From Desulfomicrobium sp. (GTDB taxonomy: Bacteria; Desulfobacterota; Desulfovibrionia; Desulfovibrionales; Desulfomicrobiaceae), in NCBI GenBank assembly GCA_040768745.1, contig JAXGMI010000001.1, positions 320,001 to 384,000 of the forward strand: a DNA stretch of 64,000 nt, read 5' to 3'. The position numbers and the translations under genes were made by a program. Within the stretch, counting starts at the first letter, position 1; each line of letters opens with the position of its first letter. The notes under the pieces were generated by a model, which was not told where the DNA came from, ran no database searches, and saw only the letters and a program-made list of their open reading frames with translations. Positions 39,978 to 49,822 of this stretch are shown here, piece after piece.

Positions 39978-40364
39978 TCACCGTTCCAGGGACAATTTCC
40001 ACATTTCATATGCGGTTTTGACCCGGTCCATGAGGTGGGCCATTTCCACTGGTTTGATCAGGAAATCGAACGCGCCATTGGTCAAACACACTGCGGCGTC
40101 GTCAGATGTGGCATGGCCGGTGAGGATGATGACCTGCACAGCGGGAAGGGCTGCCTTGATGTCGCGCAGGACCTCCTGCCCTGTCATGCCCGGCATCTTC
40201 AGATCCAGAACAACGACCTGACACTGCTTTTCCTGCAGGATGCCCACCACATCCCGGCCATTCGAGCACAATTCAACCTCAATGCCCTTGCGTTTGAATA
40301 TCTTGGCTGCAGTTTGCAGGTAGTATTCCTCGTCGTCGACAAGAAGAACGCGCAAAGTATCCAT
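39978..40364 (-). CDS. Stand-alone response regulator
   Basis: LVDDEE, VLDLKMPG, LTGH and IKP. Confidence 0.9.
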   Translation of the reverse strand: MDTLRVLLVDDEEYYLQTAAKIFKRKGIEVELCSNGRDVVGILQEKQCQVVVLDLKMPGMTGQEVLRDIKAALPAVQVIILTGHATSDDAAVCLTNGAFDFLIKPVEMAHLMDRVKTAYEMWKLSLER

Positions 40365-40425
40365 GGGCACCTCACCATGATCCGCTGCAAGGGGAGAAAA
40401 CCTCGTCGAGCCATGCCTCCGGATA

Positions 40426-42105
40426 TTACGAGGCAGCAGACGAAACTTTGGGCAGGAGTATGAAAAACGTCGAGCCCTGTCCCTTGGCGCTCGTAAAATC
40501 CAACACGCCGTTCATGCTGTCCACGATCCCATGGCAGAGGGACAACCCAAGACCGGTACCACTTCCAGCTGGCTTGGTGGTAAAGAATGGAGTGAAAATC
40601 AATTGCTGATGCTCCGGGCTGATGCCGGCGCCGTTGTCTTGAATGGCAATGCGCACACGGTCCGGATCTTCGGGAGCACAGGACAGGGTGATTTCCCCAA
40701 CGCGTCCGTCAGCCACTTCGCCAACGGCATGTATGGCATTGTTGAGCAGGTTCAACAGTACCTGCTGGAGCCTGCCGGGATCAACGTGCACGATCAGACG
40801 GGAAGGTGACATGTCGGTTCGCAAGAGGATGTTGTTGAGCTGGATCTTCTTCTGAATCATGGTCAGCACTTCGGGTATGAACTTGGCCAGATCGACGTTC
40901 TGCTCCTCCACATTCCCAACCCGGCCAAAACTCAGGATGGAATGGGTTATCCTGGCGCACCGATCGATCTGCGCCTTGATCTGATCCACACTGGAGGAAA
41001 GTTCAGCCATGGTGTTCACGAAATCGGGATCATCTGCAGGCATGTTCTTGCAATCCTGCAGCAGCATCTCGACATAAGCCTGCTCGCTCTTCATGATTTG
41101 CAGGGGGTTGTTGATCTCATGCGCGAAACCTGCTGCCATTTCCCCAAGTTCGGCCAGCCGACCTGCCCGATACAGCTGTTCGCGCAGTTTTTCGCGTTCC
41201 TCTTCCCGCTGTCGCAGCATTTTTTCCACATATCCGGTGAGATAAAGCGATGTCAGAAAGACAACGATACCGCCGCAAAGAACAGCCAGTCCCAGAAAAA
41301 GAACCGCATTGTCAAAAGCACGAACCAAGCCCGTCGAGTGCTTGCGCACCGCCAGAATCCACCCCGTGTGGCGCATGACCCTGCTTGCATAGGCAACCTT
41401 GGAAGAATCATCCCAAAAACTCATCCCCACCCGATCCAAAAACACGGGCTCGGCCAGCTCCTGATCTCTGGTCAGCACCTGGCCCCCACTGCCGGCAATG
41501 ACCTCGCCCTCACGATTGATCAAAAAGACATCGACGCCCTCCTCGCGCACATCCATAAGAATGCGGGTAAAGGCTGCCGGATCCAGGGACGCGCGCAAGA
41601 CATAGGATTTTTCTCCAAAGGTTTGCCGCAAGGCAAGAACACAATGGGGAATGCCCATCTGTCCGGACATGACCCCGCTGACGCTGCGCCCCCGTTTGAT
41701 GGCCTCGTCCAGCCACTTGTCTGGTGTGACATGCGTACCCTTGAACACGCTTGGGCCGGCATAGGCCAGCACGACGCCGCCCTCATCCACAAGGGCTACG
41801 TCCAAGATTTCCTTGTGCTTGGCCTCCAGGTTCTCGAGGACGGTCTTCAGCATTGCAGGACCGGATTGAGGGGACAGCTGGTCATCGACCAGGGCCATGT
41901 CCCCGAGGCAGTCGTCGATGTATCTCTCAAGGATGTACACGTAATGTCTGGAAAGAAGTGTCAAGTGCTCGAGAGAATCGTCCTGGGCACGGTGCCAATA
42001 CAGATATCCTCCCGCACCCAGGGCCAGGAGCACCGGAATAAATGGGGCGAGAAACATGGTCGCGAAAAGATTGCGCTTGATGGCTTGGATGGTGAATTGG
42101 CGCAT
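40426..42105 (-). CDS. Membrane sensor histidine kinase (Cache-like periplasmic domain)
   Basis: Two TM helices, AGFAHEINNPL, NLLNNA, DNGAG, PFFTTK and GTGLGL. Confidence 0.93.
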   Translation of the reverse strand: MRQFTIQAIKRNLFATMFLAPFIPVLLALGAGGYLYWHRAQDDSLEHLTLLSRHYVYILERYIDDCLGDMALVDDQLSPQSGPAMLKTVLENLEAKHKEILDVALVDEGGVVLAYAGPSVFKGTHVTPDKWLDEAIKRGRSVSGVMSGQMGIPHCVLALRQTFGEKSYVLRASLDPAAFTRILMDVREEGVDVFLINREGEVIAGSGGQVLTRDQELAEPVFLDRVGMSFWDDSSKVAYASRVMRHTGWILAVRKHSTGLVRAFDNAVLFLGLAVLCGGIVVFLTSLYLTGYVEKMLRQREEEREKLREQLYRAGRLAELGEMAAGFAHEINNPLQIMKSEQAYVEMLLQDCKNMPADDPDFVNTMAELSSSVDQIKAQIDRCARITHSILSFGRVGNVEEQNVDLAKFIPEVLTMIQKKIQLNNILLRTDMSPSRLIVHVDPGRLQQVLLNLLNNAIHAVGEVADGRVGEITLSCAPEDPDRVRIAIQDNGAGISPEHQQLIFTPFFTTKPAGSGTGLGLSLCHGIVDSMNGVLDFTSAKGQGSTFFILLPKVSSAAS

Positions 42106-42114
42106 GCTGGTCCC

Positions 42115-42528
42115 TTACCGGACACCCCCTTCTTCAAAGGCCAAATATGCTGTGTCGACCAATTTAGTCAGGGAGACGGGCTTGAGGAGGTAGGAATATG
42201 CCCCATAGGCCATGCCCCGCAGACCCATTTCCTCACCGCCATGCCCTGACAGGAGAATCACCTGGGTCCTGGGCCACCCGAGCTTGATCTCGCGCAACGT
42301 TTCCAGTCCATCCATGCCCGGCATCATGACGTCCAAAATGACCACGTCATATTTGTTTTGCCCGAGAGCGGCCAGCGCATCGCGCCCACTGCCTACCCCG
42401 GTGACCTTGAACCCGCGGCGCTCCAGTCGTTTGACCAGCGTCTCCATAAAATCACGCTCATCGTCGACAACCAGCACGGCAGGGCCTGTGCGCACGGACG
42501 CAATCTGGGCATTACTCTTTTCAGTCAT
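42115..42528 (-). CDS. Stand-alone response regulator
   Basis: VVDDE, ILDVMMPG, LSGHG and LKP; overlaps the stop of the upstream kinase. Confidence 0.9.
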   Translation of the reverse strand: MTEKSNAQIASVRTGPAVLVVDDERDFMETLVKRLERRGFKVTGVGSGRDALAALGQNKYDVVILDVMMPGMDGLETLREIKLGWPRTQVILLSGHGGEEMGLRGMAYGAYSYLLKPVSLTKLVDTAYLAFEEGGVR

Positions 42529-44185
42529 GATGTTTCACCGGCAAAAGTATTATGAATTCAGTACCTTTTCCAAGTTCGCTTTCAAAACGGATGCTTCCCC
42601 CCAGCTTATTGATGATGGAATAACTGATGGAAAGGCCCAGACCTGTCCCTTCCCCAACCTTCTTGGTGGTAAAAAAAGGATCGAAAACACGCCGCTGCAC
42701 CTCCTTGTCCATGCCCGGTCCATCATCGCGAATCCTGACTTCAACCATGTCCGCCTGTGAGTCGAAATTTGTGGAGATGAAAATATTCCCTTTCTTGTCC
42801 AGGGCATCGATCGCGTTGTTCATCAGATTCAAGATGACCTGCTGCAATTGTGACGCGTCGGACTGGATAGCGGGCAGATCTTTTCTGAGGTCCCAGTTCA
42901 AGGCAATATTTCTGAACCGCACTTCGTTATCGAGAAATGTTGCGGTCTGCTTCAGCAGATCGTTGATGTACACATCGTTGCAGACAGGCTCCATGCGACG
43001 GGCAAACCCGAGCATCCTGTGCACGACATTGCCCGCCCTCTCCACATGCTGTTCAATTTTGTCCACTGCATCGACGAACTCCTGGAAATTCGGGCTGGAC
43101 TTGACATCCTCCTCGTCCAAAAGGTCGCGCATCCATCCTGCTTTTTCACGGATGACGGCCAAAGGATTATTCACCTCATGCGCCACCCCTGCGGCCAGTT
43201 TGCCCAAGGCGGCCATCTTGCTGGACTGGATCAACTCTTCGTTCAGCTGCGCCTGCTCGCGCTCCATGCGCTCCTGCTGCACCACAATCATGCGCGTGAG
43301 CATGAGCGTCCCGATGATGATGAACGCAATCCCGCTTCCGACGACAGCCCAGGTTGCAGCCTGGGTTTTGAAAAGGGGGGCCAGTTCACCCTGCCTGTCT
43401 TCTTCGATGACCAGCAGCCAGTCTTTCTCCTGCAGCCAAATCCCGCCGACAAAGATCTTTTTCCGGTCCGACTCGTGCTCCTGGACCTTGGCCCCAGAAA
43501 AAGGCGTCCCGAGAAAAGAAGAGTAGATGTCCTCACTCTTGTTCCCAAACCTGGGCCGAGTCTGCAGGGCTCCACTCCGATTGACCAGATAGGCGTCTCC
43601 TTTGTCTCCAAGCTGCAGCCAGCGGACCAGGGAATCGAAGATATCGGAGTCAATGGTGGCCCGCAGAATCCAGACCCGGCCTTTGTCTTGAATTTTGACG
43701 GCGATTATCATGTGCGGAAATCCCCGGAAACCTTCGAAGACATCAGAAACATAGATCTTGCGGACCATGACCTGATGAAACCAGTCCTCGTTTTTGTAGT
43801 TCGCTTCGGCAAGGTTGTACGGACCGGCATAGCTGACGTGCCGTCCTTCTTCATTGATCAGACCCAGGTCGATAAATGTTTTGGAGCTGAGTTGCATAGT
43901 CGCCAGGATCGAATCCAGTTTTCCCGGCGAAGAGAGATCCTCGACTGTATTTGAATAGGCCATGGTCCTCAGCTGAGAGACCTGCTCCCGCAGAAAGAGG
44001 TCAATGCCCTGGCGTTTGTTCTCTGCCAGGGTAATGATATTTGCCCTGACCTTGGAATGATACGTTGACGCGAACATGGAATACATGGTCACACCCAACG
44101 TGATCAGTGGTATCAATGAAAATCCCAGGGCCATGCCGGCAATTTTGGTGCCAAGATCTTTAAGCCTGAAAATCGACATGTTCAC
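42521..44185 (-). CDS. Membrane sensor histidine kinase (Cache-like periplasmic domain)
   Basis: Two TM helices, AGVAHEVNNPL, NLMNNA, DDGPG, PFFTTK and GTGLGL. Confidence 0.93.
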   Translation of the reverse strand: MNMSIFRLKDLGTKIAGMALGFSLIPLITLGVTMYSMFASTYHSKVRANIITLAENKRQGIDLFLREQVSQLRTMAYSNTVEDLSSPGKLDSILATMQLSSKTFIDLGLINEEGRHVSYAGPYNLAEANYKNEDWFHQVMVRKIYVSDVFEGFRGFPHMIIAVKIQDKGRVWILRATIDSDIFDSLVRWLQLGDKGDAYLVNRSGALQTRPRFGNKSEDIYSSFLGTPFSGAKVQEHESDRKKIFVGGIWLQEKDWLLVIEEDRQGELAPLFKTQAATWAVVGSGIAFIIIGTLMLTRMIVVQQERMEREQAQLNEELIQSSKMAALGKLAAGVAHEVNNPLAVIREKAGWMRDLLDEEDVKSSPNFQEFVDAVDKIEQHVERAGNVVHRMLGFARRMEPVCNDVYINDLLKQTATFLDNEVRFRNIALNWDLRKDLPAIQSDASQLQQVILNLMNNAIDALDKKGNIFISTNFDSQADMVEVRIRDDGPGMDKEVQRRVFDPFFTTKKVGEGTGLGLSISYSIINKLGGSIRFESELGKGTEFIILLPVKHHD

Positions 44186-44625
44186 CGCCCACGCAAAAAT
44201 TCAAAACAACTTCCGTGGAAAAGATTCATTCGCCCCGAAAATCAAAACATATATGAGCCAAGCCCCAGACGCAACAAGGTCCTTTCGCATGCGGCACCTG
44301 ACTTCTGTGTAGCAATGGACAGTTCCGCAATGCCGGGAGTTCTCCGCAGACAAGACAGCGGCATGGCCCTGCGGTGTGCCTCCATCTGGATGCCTCCCAC
44401 GGATATCCTGGCCCTCCGGCCGGACGCCATTTCCAAAGGAACTTTTCCCATGATCAGAACATGACCATCCAGCGGTTCGTACGAAACGCGGCCCCTTTTT
44501 CGGGCTGCCACACCATTCATGATTGCAAGCCTGTCACCTTCTGTGTCAGAAGTGGACTGGGGATGGAAACCCGACGATCACTGGTATTTGCATTCCCGGC
44601 AGTCCTGTTAACGTCTGGAGCACGC

Positions 44626-47274
44626 ATGAGTTTACTCCAACGAGTCAAAAACGTCTTTTTCCCACCCCCTCCTGTTCAGGAGGATAAAGGACAGGAAGAC
44701 CTCTTCAAGGCCAGATATCAGGCTTTTCGCAGACTCCTGTCTGCCAACAACGCGGCCCTCGACATCATGACGGAACTGGAGGCGGCTGCCCGGGGAAGCC
44801 GTCATTTCGGGATGCACTTCCTCAGGTCGCGGGTGACGGCGATCACAGCCAAAGTCTACGCCATGGTCAACAATATGCTGTCCCTGGCCCCTGGAAAATA
44901 CCAGGCCCTGCCTGATGCCATGCGCACCATCCAGGGACAGATCCAGAACGAAATCAATCTCAGGGACACCCCGCACCGCCAGGAACTTGTGCTGGACTTG
45001 GACCAGATCACGGCCAGCGACGTGGACGACGTGGGCGGGAAGATGGCCAACCTCGGGGAACTTCGCAACGCGCTGCAAGTCCCGGTCCCCAACGGATTTG
45101 CCATCACGGCCCAGGGCTACATGGCGTTCATGCGCCAGACAGGTTTGCTGGAGGAAATCAACTGCCTTGTGCTGGGTCACCCCATGGCCTCCCACTTCGC
45201 AGCGGGAGTCAATGCCCCACGTGACCCCGAAGAGGAGGAAACCACGGACCAGCCCATCGCCCTTCTGGAGCTGTGCTCCAAGATCAGGGGCATGATCCTC
45301 TCCACACCCATCCCCACGGAACTCGAAGAAGCCATTCTTTCCTCCTACGACCGACTGTGCGAACGCGAAGGCAGACAGATGCACGTGGCCCTGCGCTCCA
45401 GCGCCCTGGGAGAGGACAGCGCCGGGGCCTCCTTTGCCGGACAGCACCGCTCCCTTTTGAACCTGGACCGCGACAGTCTGATCGAAGGCTACAAAGAGGT
45501 CGTTGCCAGCAAGTATTCAGCCCACGCCATGACCTACAGATACATGCGCGGCATCCGCGACGACGACGTCCTCATGTGCGTCGGCTGTCTGAGCATGGTG
45601 ACCTCCCGGGCCGGCGGGGTCGCGTATACGGTCAACCCCCTCAACGCTGACGACAAACGCATCCAGATCACCTCCGCCTGGGGTGTGGCCAAAGGCGTGG
45701 TGGACGGCACGGCCACCACCGATCAGTTCGTTGTGGAGAAAGAGAACGGGATGCACATTGTGGACCGCCACGTTCCGCGCAAGGAGTCGGCCCTGGCCTG
45801 TTCCGACATTGAAGGGGTTTGCCGGATTTCCGTTGATCCACAACTCTGTGAACAGCCCACCCTTGAGGATCCGCAAATCATCGAGCTGGCCTCCATGGCC
45901 TCCCGCATCGAAGCTCACTACGGAATGCCCCAGGACATCGAATGGGCCTTTACGCCGGAGGCCAAACTCGTCCTCCTGCAAACCCGCCCTCTGGATGTCC
46001 GGGAGGCCCAGGCTGTTCCGAACCTGCTGCCAGGCGTGCCGCCGCTGATCCACGGCGGACAGACAGCCAGTGCGGGCACAGCCCATGGATTCGTGCATGT
46101 CGTCAAAAAAGATGTGGACATCCTCGTGTTGCCCGAAAAAGCCATTCTGGTCTGTGTCGAAGCGGCGCCGAAATGGGCTGCGGTGCTGAACAGGTGCCAG
46201 GGGATCATCACGGAACAGGGCAGCATTGCCGGGCATCTGGCCAATGTTTCCCGCGAGTTCAACATACCTGCCCTTTTTGGCGTGCCTTCAGCCACGGACC
46301 TCCTCAGGCCAGGCCAGGAAATCACCTTGGATGCTGACAACATGGCCATTTATGAAGGATTGCAGGAAACCCTCCTGGATCGGAAGCAGGAACGGCCGAA
46401 CATGATGGAGGGAAGCTCGGTCTTCCAGACCCTGTTGCGGGTGAACAAGTTCATCACCCCCCTGCACCTGATCGATCCAGATGGGCTCGAGTTCAAGGCA
46501 TCCAATTGCCAAACACTGCACGATATCACCCGATTCTGCCACGAAAAATCCGTGCAGGAGATGTTCAACTTCGGCCGGGACCACAACTTCTCACCCAGAT
46601 CCAGCAAGCAGCTCAAAACAATCACTGCCATGCAGTGGTGGGTCATCAATCTCGATGACGGGTTCCGCAAGGAAGTCGGATCCAAAATGGTGCCCCTGGA
46701 CAATATTGTTTCCATCCCCATGCTGGCACTGTGGCGCGGCATCGTGGCTTTTCCCTGGGAAGGCCCACCCAGTATCGACGGAAAGGGCTTCCTGTCCGTC
46801 CTCTTCCAGTCCGCGACCAACTCCAATCTCGAGCCGTCCATGGCTTCCCAATTCGCCGAAAAAAACTACTTCATGATATCCAAACACTTCTGCAATCTGC
46901 AGTCACGGTTCGGGTACCACTTCACTTCCGTGGAAGCCCTGGCCGGTCCGCGTTCCCGTGAAAACTACATCCGCTTCCAGTTCAAGGGTGGAGCCGCCGA
47001 CTACCACCGCCGGGAGCGCAGGGCTCGCTTTGTCGGTGAAATCCTCGACGAGTTCGATTTTCAGATCAAGGTCCGGGAAGACGCCATGTTCGCCAGGCTG
47101 GATGATTGCGATCAGCAATTCATCGAGGACCACCTCGAAATCCTGGGGCACATCCTGATCCACACCCGACAACTGGACATGATCATGTCCAAGGAAGATG
47201 TGGTCCAGCTGTACAAACAGCGCATCCTGCATCAACTGCGCTCCCTCACGGATGCAAAGAAAAAAACCGCGTGA
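44626..47274 (+). CDS. PEP synthase/PPDK-like protein (ATP-grasp plus phospho-His swivel domain, no pyruvate-binding barrel)
   Basis: VGGKMANLGEL, RSSALGED, SFAGQH, PQDIEWA, LQTRP and GSIAGHLANVSREFNIP; C-terminal TLHDITRFCHEK...RFGYHF...FKGGAAD; GGAG RBS before ATG 44626. Confidence 0.88.
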   Translation: MSLLQRVKNVFFPPPPVQEDKGQEDLFKARYQAFRRLLSANNAALDIMTELEAAARGSRHFGMHFLRSRVTAITAKVYAMVNNMLSLAPGKYQALPDAMRTIQGQIQNEINLRDTPHRQELVLDLDQITASDVDDVGGKMANLGELRNALQVPVPNGFAITAQGYMAFMRQTGLLEEINCLVLGHPMASHFAAGVNAPRDPEEEETTDQPIALLELCSKIRGMILSTPIPTELEEAILSSYDRLCEREGRQMHVALRSSALGEDSAGASFAGQHRSLLNLDRDSLIEGYKEVVASKYSAHAMTYRYMRGIRDDDVLMCVGCLSMVTSRAGGVAYTVNPLNADDKRIQITSAWGVAKGVVDGTATTDQFVVEKENGMHIVDRHVPRKESALACSDIEGVCRISVDPQLCEQPTLEDPQIIELASMASRIEAHYGMPQDIEWAFTPEAKLVLLQTRPLDVREAQAVPNLLPGVPPLIHGGQTASAGTAHGFVHVVKKDVDILVLPEKAILVCVEAAPKWAAVLNRCQGIITEQGSIAGHLANVSREFNIPALFGVPSATDLLRPGQEITLDADNMAIYEGLQETLLDRKQERPNMMEGSSVFQTLLRVNKFITPLHLIDPDGLEFKASNCQTLHDITRFCHEKSVQEMFNFGRDHNFSPRSSKQLKTITAMQWWVINLDDGFRKEVGSKMVPLDNIVSIPMLALWRGIVAFPWEGPPSIDGKGFLSVLFQSATNSNLEPSMASQFAEKNYFMISKHFCNLQSRFGYHFTSVEALAGPRSRENYIRFQFKGGAADYHRRERRARFVGEILDEFDFQIKVREDAMFARLDDCDQQFIEDHLEILGHILIHTRQLDMIMSKEDVVQLYKQRILHQLRSLTDAKKKTA

Positions 47275-47299
47275 CCCGCAGGTCAGTCAAGGGAAAAGC

Positions 47300-47494
47300 A
47301 TGAACGAACGCTCAAAGGAGAATACACCCAGCCATGCAGTACTGCGTGGAGTGATCATCGGCGGATCCATCGGCATGATCGCGAGCTGGTTTGGCTATGA
47401 GCCGGTCAAGGCATTTTTTATGGGCATTGTCTGCGGCATTTTCGCTGCCGCCACAAAAATCATGGCAGACCGGTTGCGCGGAAATAAGCCTTGA
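47300..47494 (+). CDS. Small two-TM hypothetical protein (64 aa)
   Basis: MNERSKENTPSHAVLRGVIIGGSIGMIASWFG...FFMGIVCGIFAAA; starts 25 nt after the dikinase-like gene. Confidence 0.65.
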   Translation: MNERSKENTPSHAVLRGVIIGGSIGMIASWFGYEPVKAFFMGIVCGIFAAATKIMADRLRGNKP

Positions 47495-47704
47495 CTTTTT
47501 TTACGCAGCTCTTGTGCGCTCCCCATCCCGCAACATTCAGTGACCTGTCCTGCATTGGAACCGCGCTGCTGTCCTCAGACAAGATCTTGCCTGGACATGC
47601 CATTCAAGACCATTCCCGAATGCCCCCCCAATCTTGCATAAGAAGCGTGTTTGTGTTTAGGAATCCCAAAACAACACCAACCAGGGCCAGCTCAGGAAAC
47701 GCTT

Positions 47705-48343
47705 ATGTACTGTAAAAAATGCAAATTTCATTCTTTTGACCATGTCAAGACATGTCCCAAGTGCGGAGCTGACTGGGAAGAAGCCCGCAAATCTCTCTAT
47801 CTCAATTGGATCACTTCCAGCGGTTACAATTGGCTTTCTGCGGCAAAAGCCGCCTCCCAGACAGTTTCGGCCCCTGGATTGCTTTCAGCCGCAGGCCAAA
47901 GCATGCATGAAGGCTTCATTGGCACCTCACTCTCTGACGACGTGCTGGACCTGAGCTCCCCCCAGGCCTCCGCCCAGGGCACTTCCGCAGAAAATCTTGA
48001 CGCCTCCCTGTTCCCGGACCTGGACTTCACCATGCCCGAACCAGCTCCCACTATCCAAGGACGGGCACAGACCAACAACGAGGCATTTCGTCCAGAAATG
48101 TCAGCAGAACACGTCGTCGAGTTGGACATCACTCCCTCTTTCGGCGAACAGGTCGTCCAGCCCCCTGTCCAGTCCAAACCCAACCGGACTGACCTCTTCA
48201 TTCCCGAATTGGAGGAAATGCTCGCACCCTTGGAAGATGAGCTGCCTCCCGCAGGCACGAGCCGGAAAGCAGACAGCATGGGGGACGACATCATCCTCGA
48301 TTTCAGCAGGGACGACGTCCAGGACAGGTCAGACAAGGGCTAG
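47705..48343 (+). CDS. Hypothetical protein with N-terminal zinc ribbon and acidic low-complexity tail
   Basis: MYCKKC...SFD....CPKCG; AGGA RBS. Confidence 0.75.
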   Translation: MYCKKCKFHSFDHVKTCPKCGADWEEARKSLYLNWITSSGYNWLSAAKAASQTVSAPGLLSAAGQSMHEGFIGTSLSDDVLDLSSPQASAQGTSAENLDASLFPDLDFTMPEPAPTIQGRAQTNNEAFRPEMSAEHVVELDITPSFGEQVVQPPVQSKPNRTDLFIPELEEMLAPLEDELPPAGTSRKADSMGDDIILDFSRDDVQDRSDKG

Positions 48344-48491
48344 AAGGGGATCGGCCATCCGGGGTTGACCGTCCGGGAAGCCTCTTTGAATGTGGCCAAA
48401 AGAACCGGCTGTTGCGGTGTGGCGTTTTTCCCGCGCCAAGGGACCCCTTTTCCCGACCTTCGCCCTCGTTTGGCAGCCCCGGTTTTCTGCA

Positions 48492-49265
48492 TCACCGCTC
48501 CACGCTGTCCTCTGCCGTGACGGCCTTGACAAACTGAAGAACGAGCTCGCTGACGCGTTCTCTTGTCTCTTCATGCGTGGTCAGCATGTGTCCGCTGGTC
48601 ACCTGCTCCATCGTGGACAGCAGGTGCATCTCCCGCCGCGGGCTGGACACGTGTGACATGATCTCCCAGGCATTGTCGGGGTGCACCGCCCTGTCGCTGA
48701 CTCCATGCAGGACCATGATGGGCGCTCTGACACGGAACAGGTTCCGGCGCACCGATACGGCACCGGCCTTGAACGAATGCAGGGGTCCTGTGAAATGCGC
48801 CCCCTCGTATCCCTCCCAGGGGGCAATGCGTTTGGACTCCGGGCTGCGCACAGACGAAGGCAACCGCTTGCACACATGACGTGCCAGACCGGTCAGAAAG
48901 AGCCGTGGATCGGGCGCCCAGTAAGGAAAAAGGCGGCACAGAAAGACCGGGGCGGCGATAGTCACCAGCCCAGCCAGGGGATGATCTGCCGCCAGGTGCA
49001 GGGCCAGGGTTCCACCCAATGAGAAACCGACGGCGACCACCTGCTCGCACTGCTCGCGGACAGCTCGCAATCCGACCTGGGCGCTCTCCAGCCAGTCCGC
49101 AAACGTGCTCGACGCGAATGCATCCTCGTCATCCTCGTGCCCGGACAAGACAGGGACATGGACATGATATCCCGCAGTGCGCAGGCGGTCGGCGACAAAG
49201 CTCATCTCAAAGGGGCGCCCCCCGTAGCCGTGCACAAGGAGGCAGCCTGTATGGTGGTTTGGCAT
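48492..49265 (-). CDS. Alpha/beta hydrolase (carboxylesterase)
   Basis: HGYGG oxyanion motif, GFSLGG nucleophile elbow, D (SDRAV) and H (SGHM). Confidence 0.9.
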   Translation of the reverse strand: MPNHHTGCLLVHGYGGRPFEMSFVADRLRTAGYHVHVPVLSGHEDDEDAFASSTFADWLESAQVGLRAVREQCEQVVAVGFSLGGTLALHLAADHPLAGLVTIAAPVFLCRLFPYWAPDPRLFLTGLARHVCKRLPSSVRSPESKRIAPWEGYEGAHFTGPLHSFKAGAVSVRRNLFRVRAPIMVLHGVSDRAVHPDNAWEIMSHVSSPRREMHLLSTMEQVTSGHMLTTHEETRERVSELVLQFVKAVTAEDSVER

Positions 49266-49321
49266 GACGGATCCCTGGTGGTTTGGCCAAGCATGCGCCG
49301 GACGCAGGTAAAAAAAAAGGC

Positions 49322-49338
49322 TTGACTTTATCCGTCAA
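49322..49338. promoter_or_regulatory. TTGAC-N7-GTCAA palindrome: divergent -35 boxes or an operator
   Basis: ttgactttatccgtcaa lies between the divergent esterase and PxxKW genes. Confidence 0.35.
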
Positions 49339-49441
49339 TTCGAAAAAGAAATCAGGTTTCCGGTGATCCTTGATAGCCGCCATATTCCACCGGAAAAGGA
49401 CGCGGCAGCATTTCAGGTCATACTTATGATGGAGGAGCCTC

Positions 49442-49714
49442 ATGGCAGTAGATTTCAGCAATGCCGTCAAGACTGACGACGGCGTACAGGTGAACGGCGT
49501 TCTCATGAACCAGATCGTGGAAAAATGTGATGGCTGCGACCGGATCCAGGAATTCGAAGGCGGCAAGTACTGTGGCACCTATCCCCAGCCCGCAGTGAAG
49601 TGGAGACTGGGCGTCTGCAATTTCTCAACCCACATGAAGGCCGCGCCGGCCAAGGGCAAGACCAAGGTCAACCCCCTCAAGGCATCCAAACGTTCCGCCA
49701 AGGGTGGTCGTTGA
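49442..49714 (+). CDS. PxxKW family cysteine-rich small protein
   Basis: IVEKCDGCDR...YC..YP.PAVKWR.G.CNF.TH...KVNPLKASKR. Confidence 0.85.
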   Translation: MAVDFSNAVKTDDGVQVNGVLMNQIVEKCDGCDRIQEFEGGKYCGTYPQPAVKWRLGVCNFSTHMKAAPAKGKTKVNPLKASKRSAKGGR

Positions 49715-49737
49715 GCTCTTCCTCCAGATAGGTTCAC

Positions 49738-49765
49738 AAAGGCAGGATCTTCCTGCCTTTTTTTT
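49738..49765 (+). terminator. Intrinsic terminator
   Basis: AAAGGCAGGA-tct-TCCTGCC followed by T8. Confidence 0.85.
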
Positions 49766-49822
49766 CTTTAAAATCCCACCCCCTGCTGCGTCGCGTCCCT
49801 CGTATCCCACAAGGAAAGGCCC

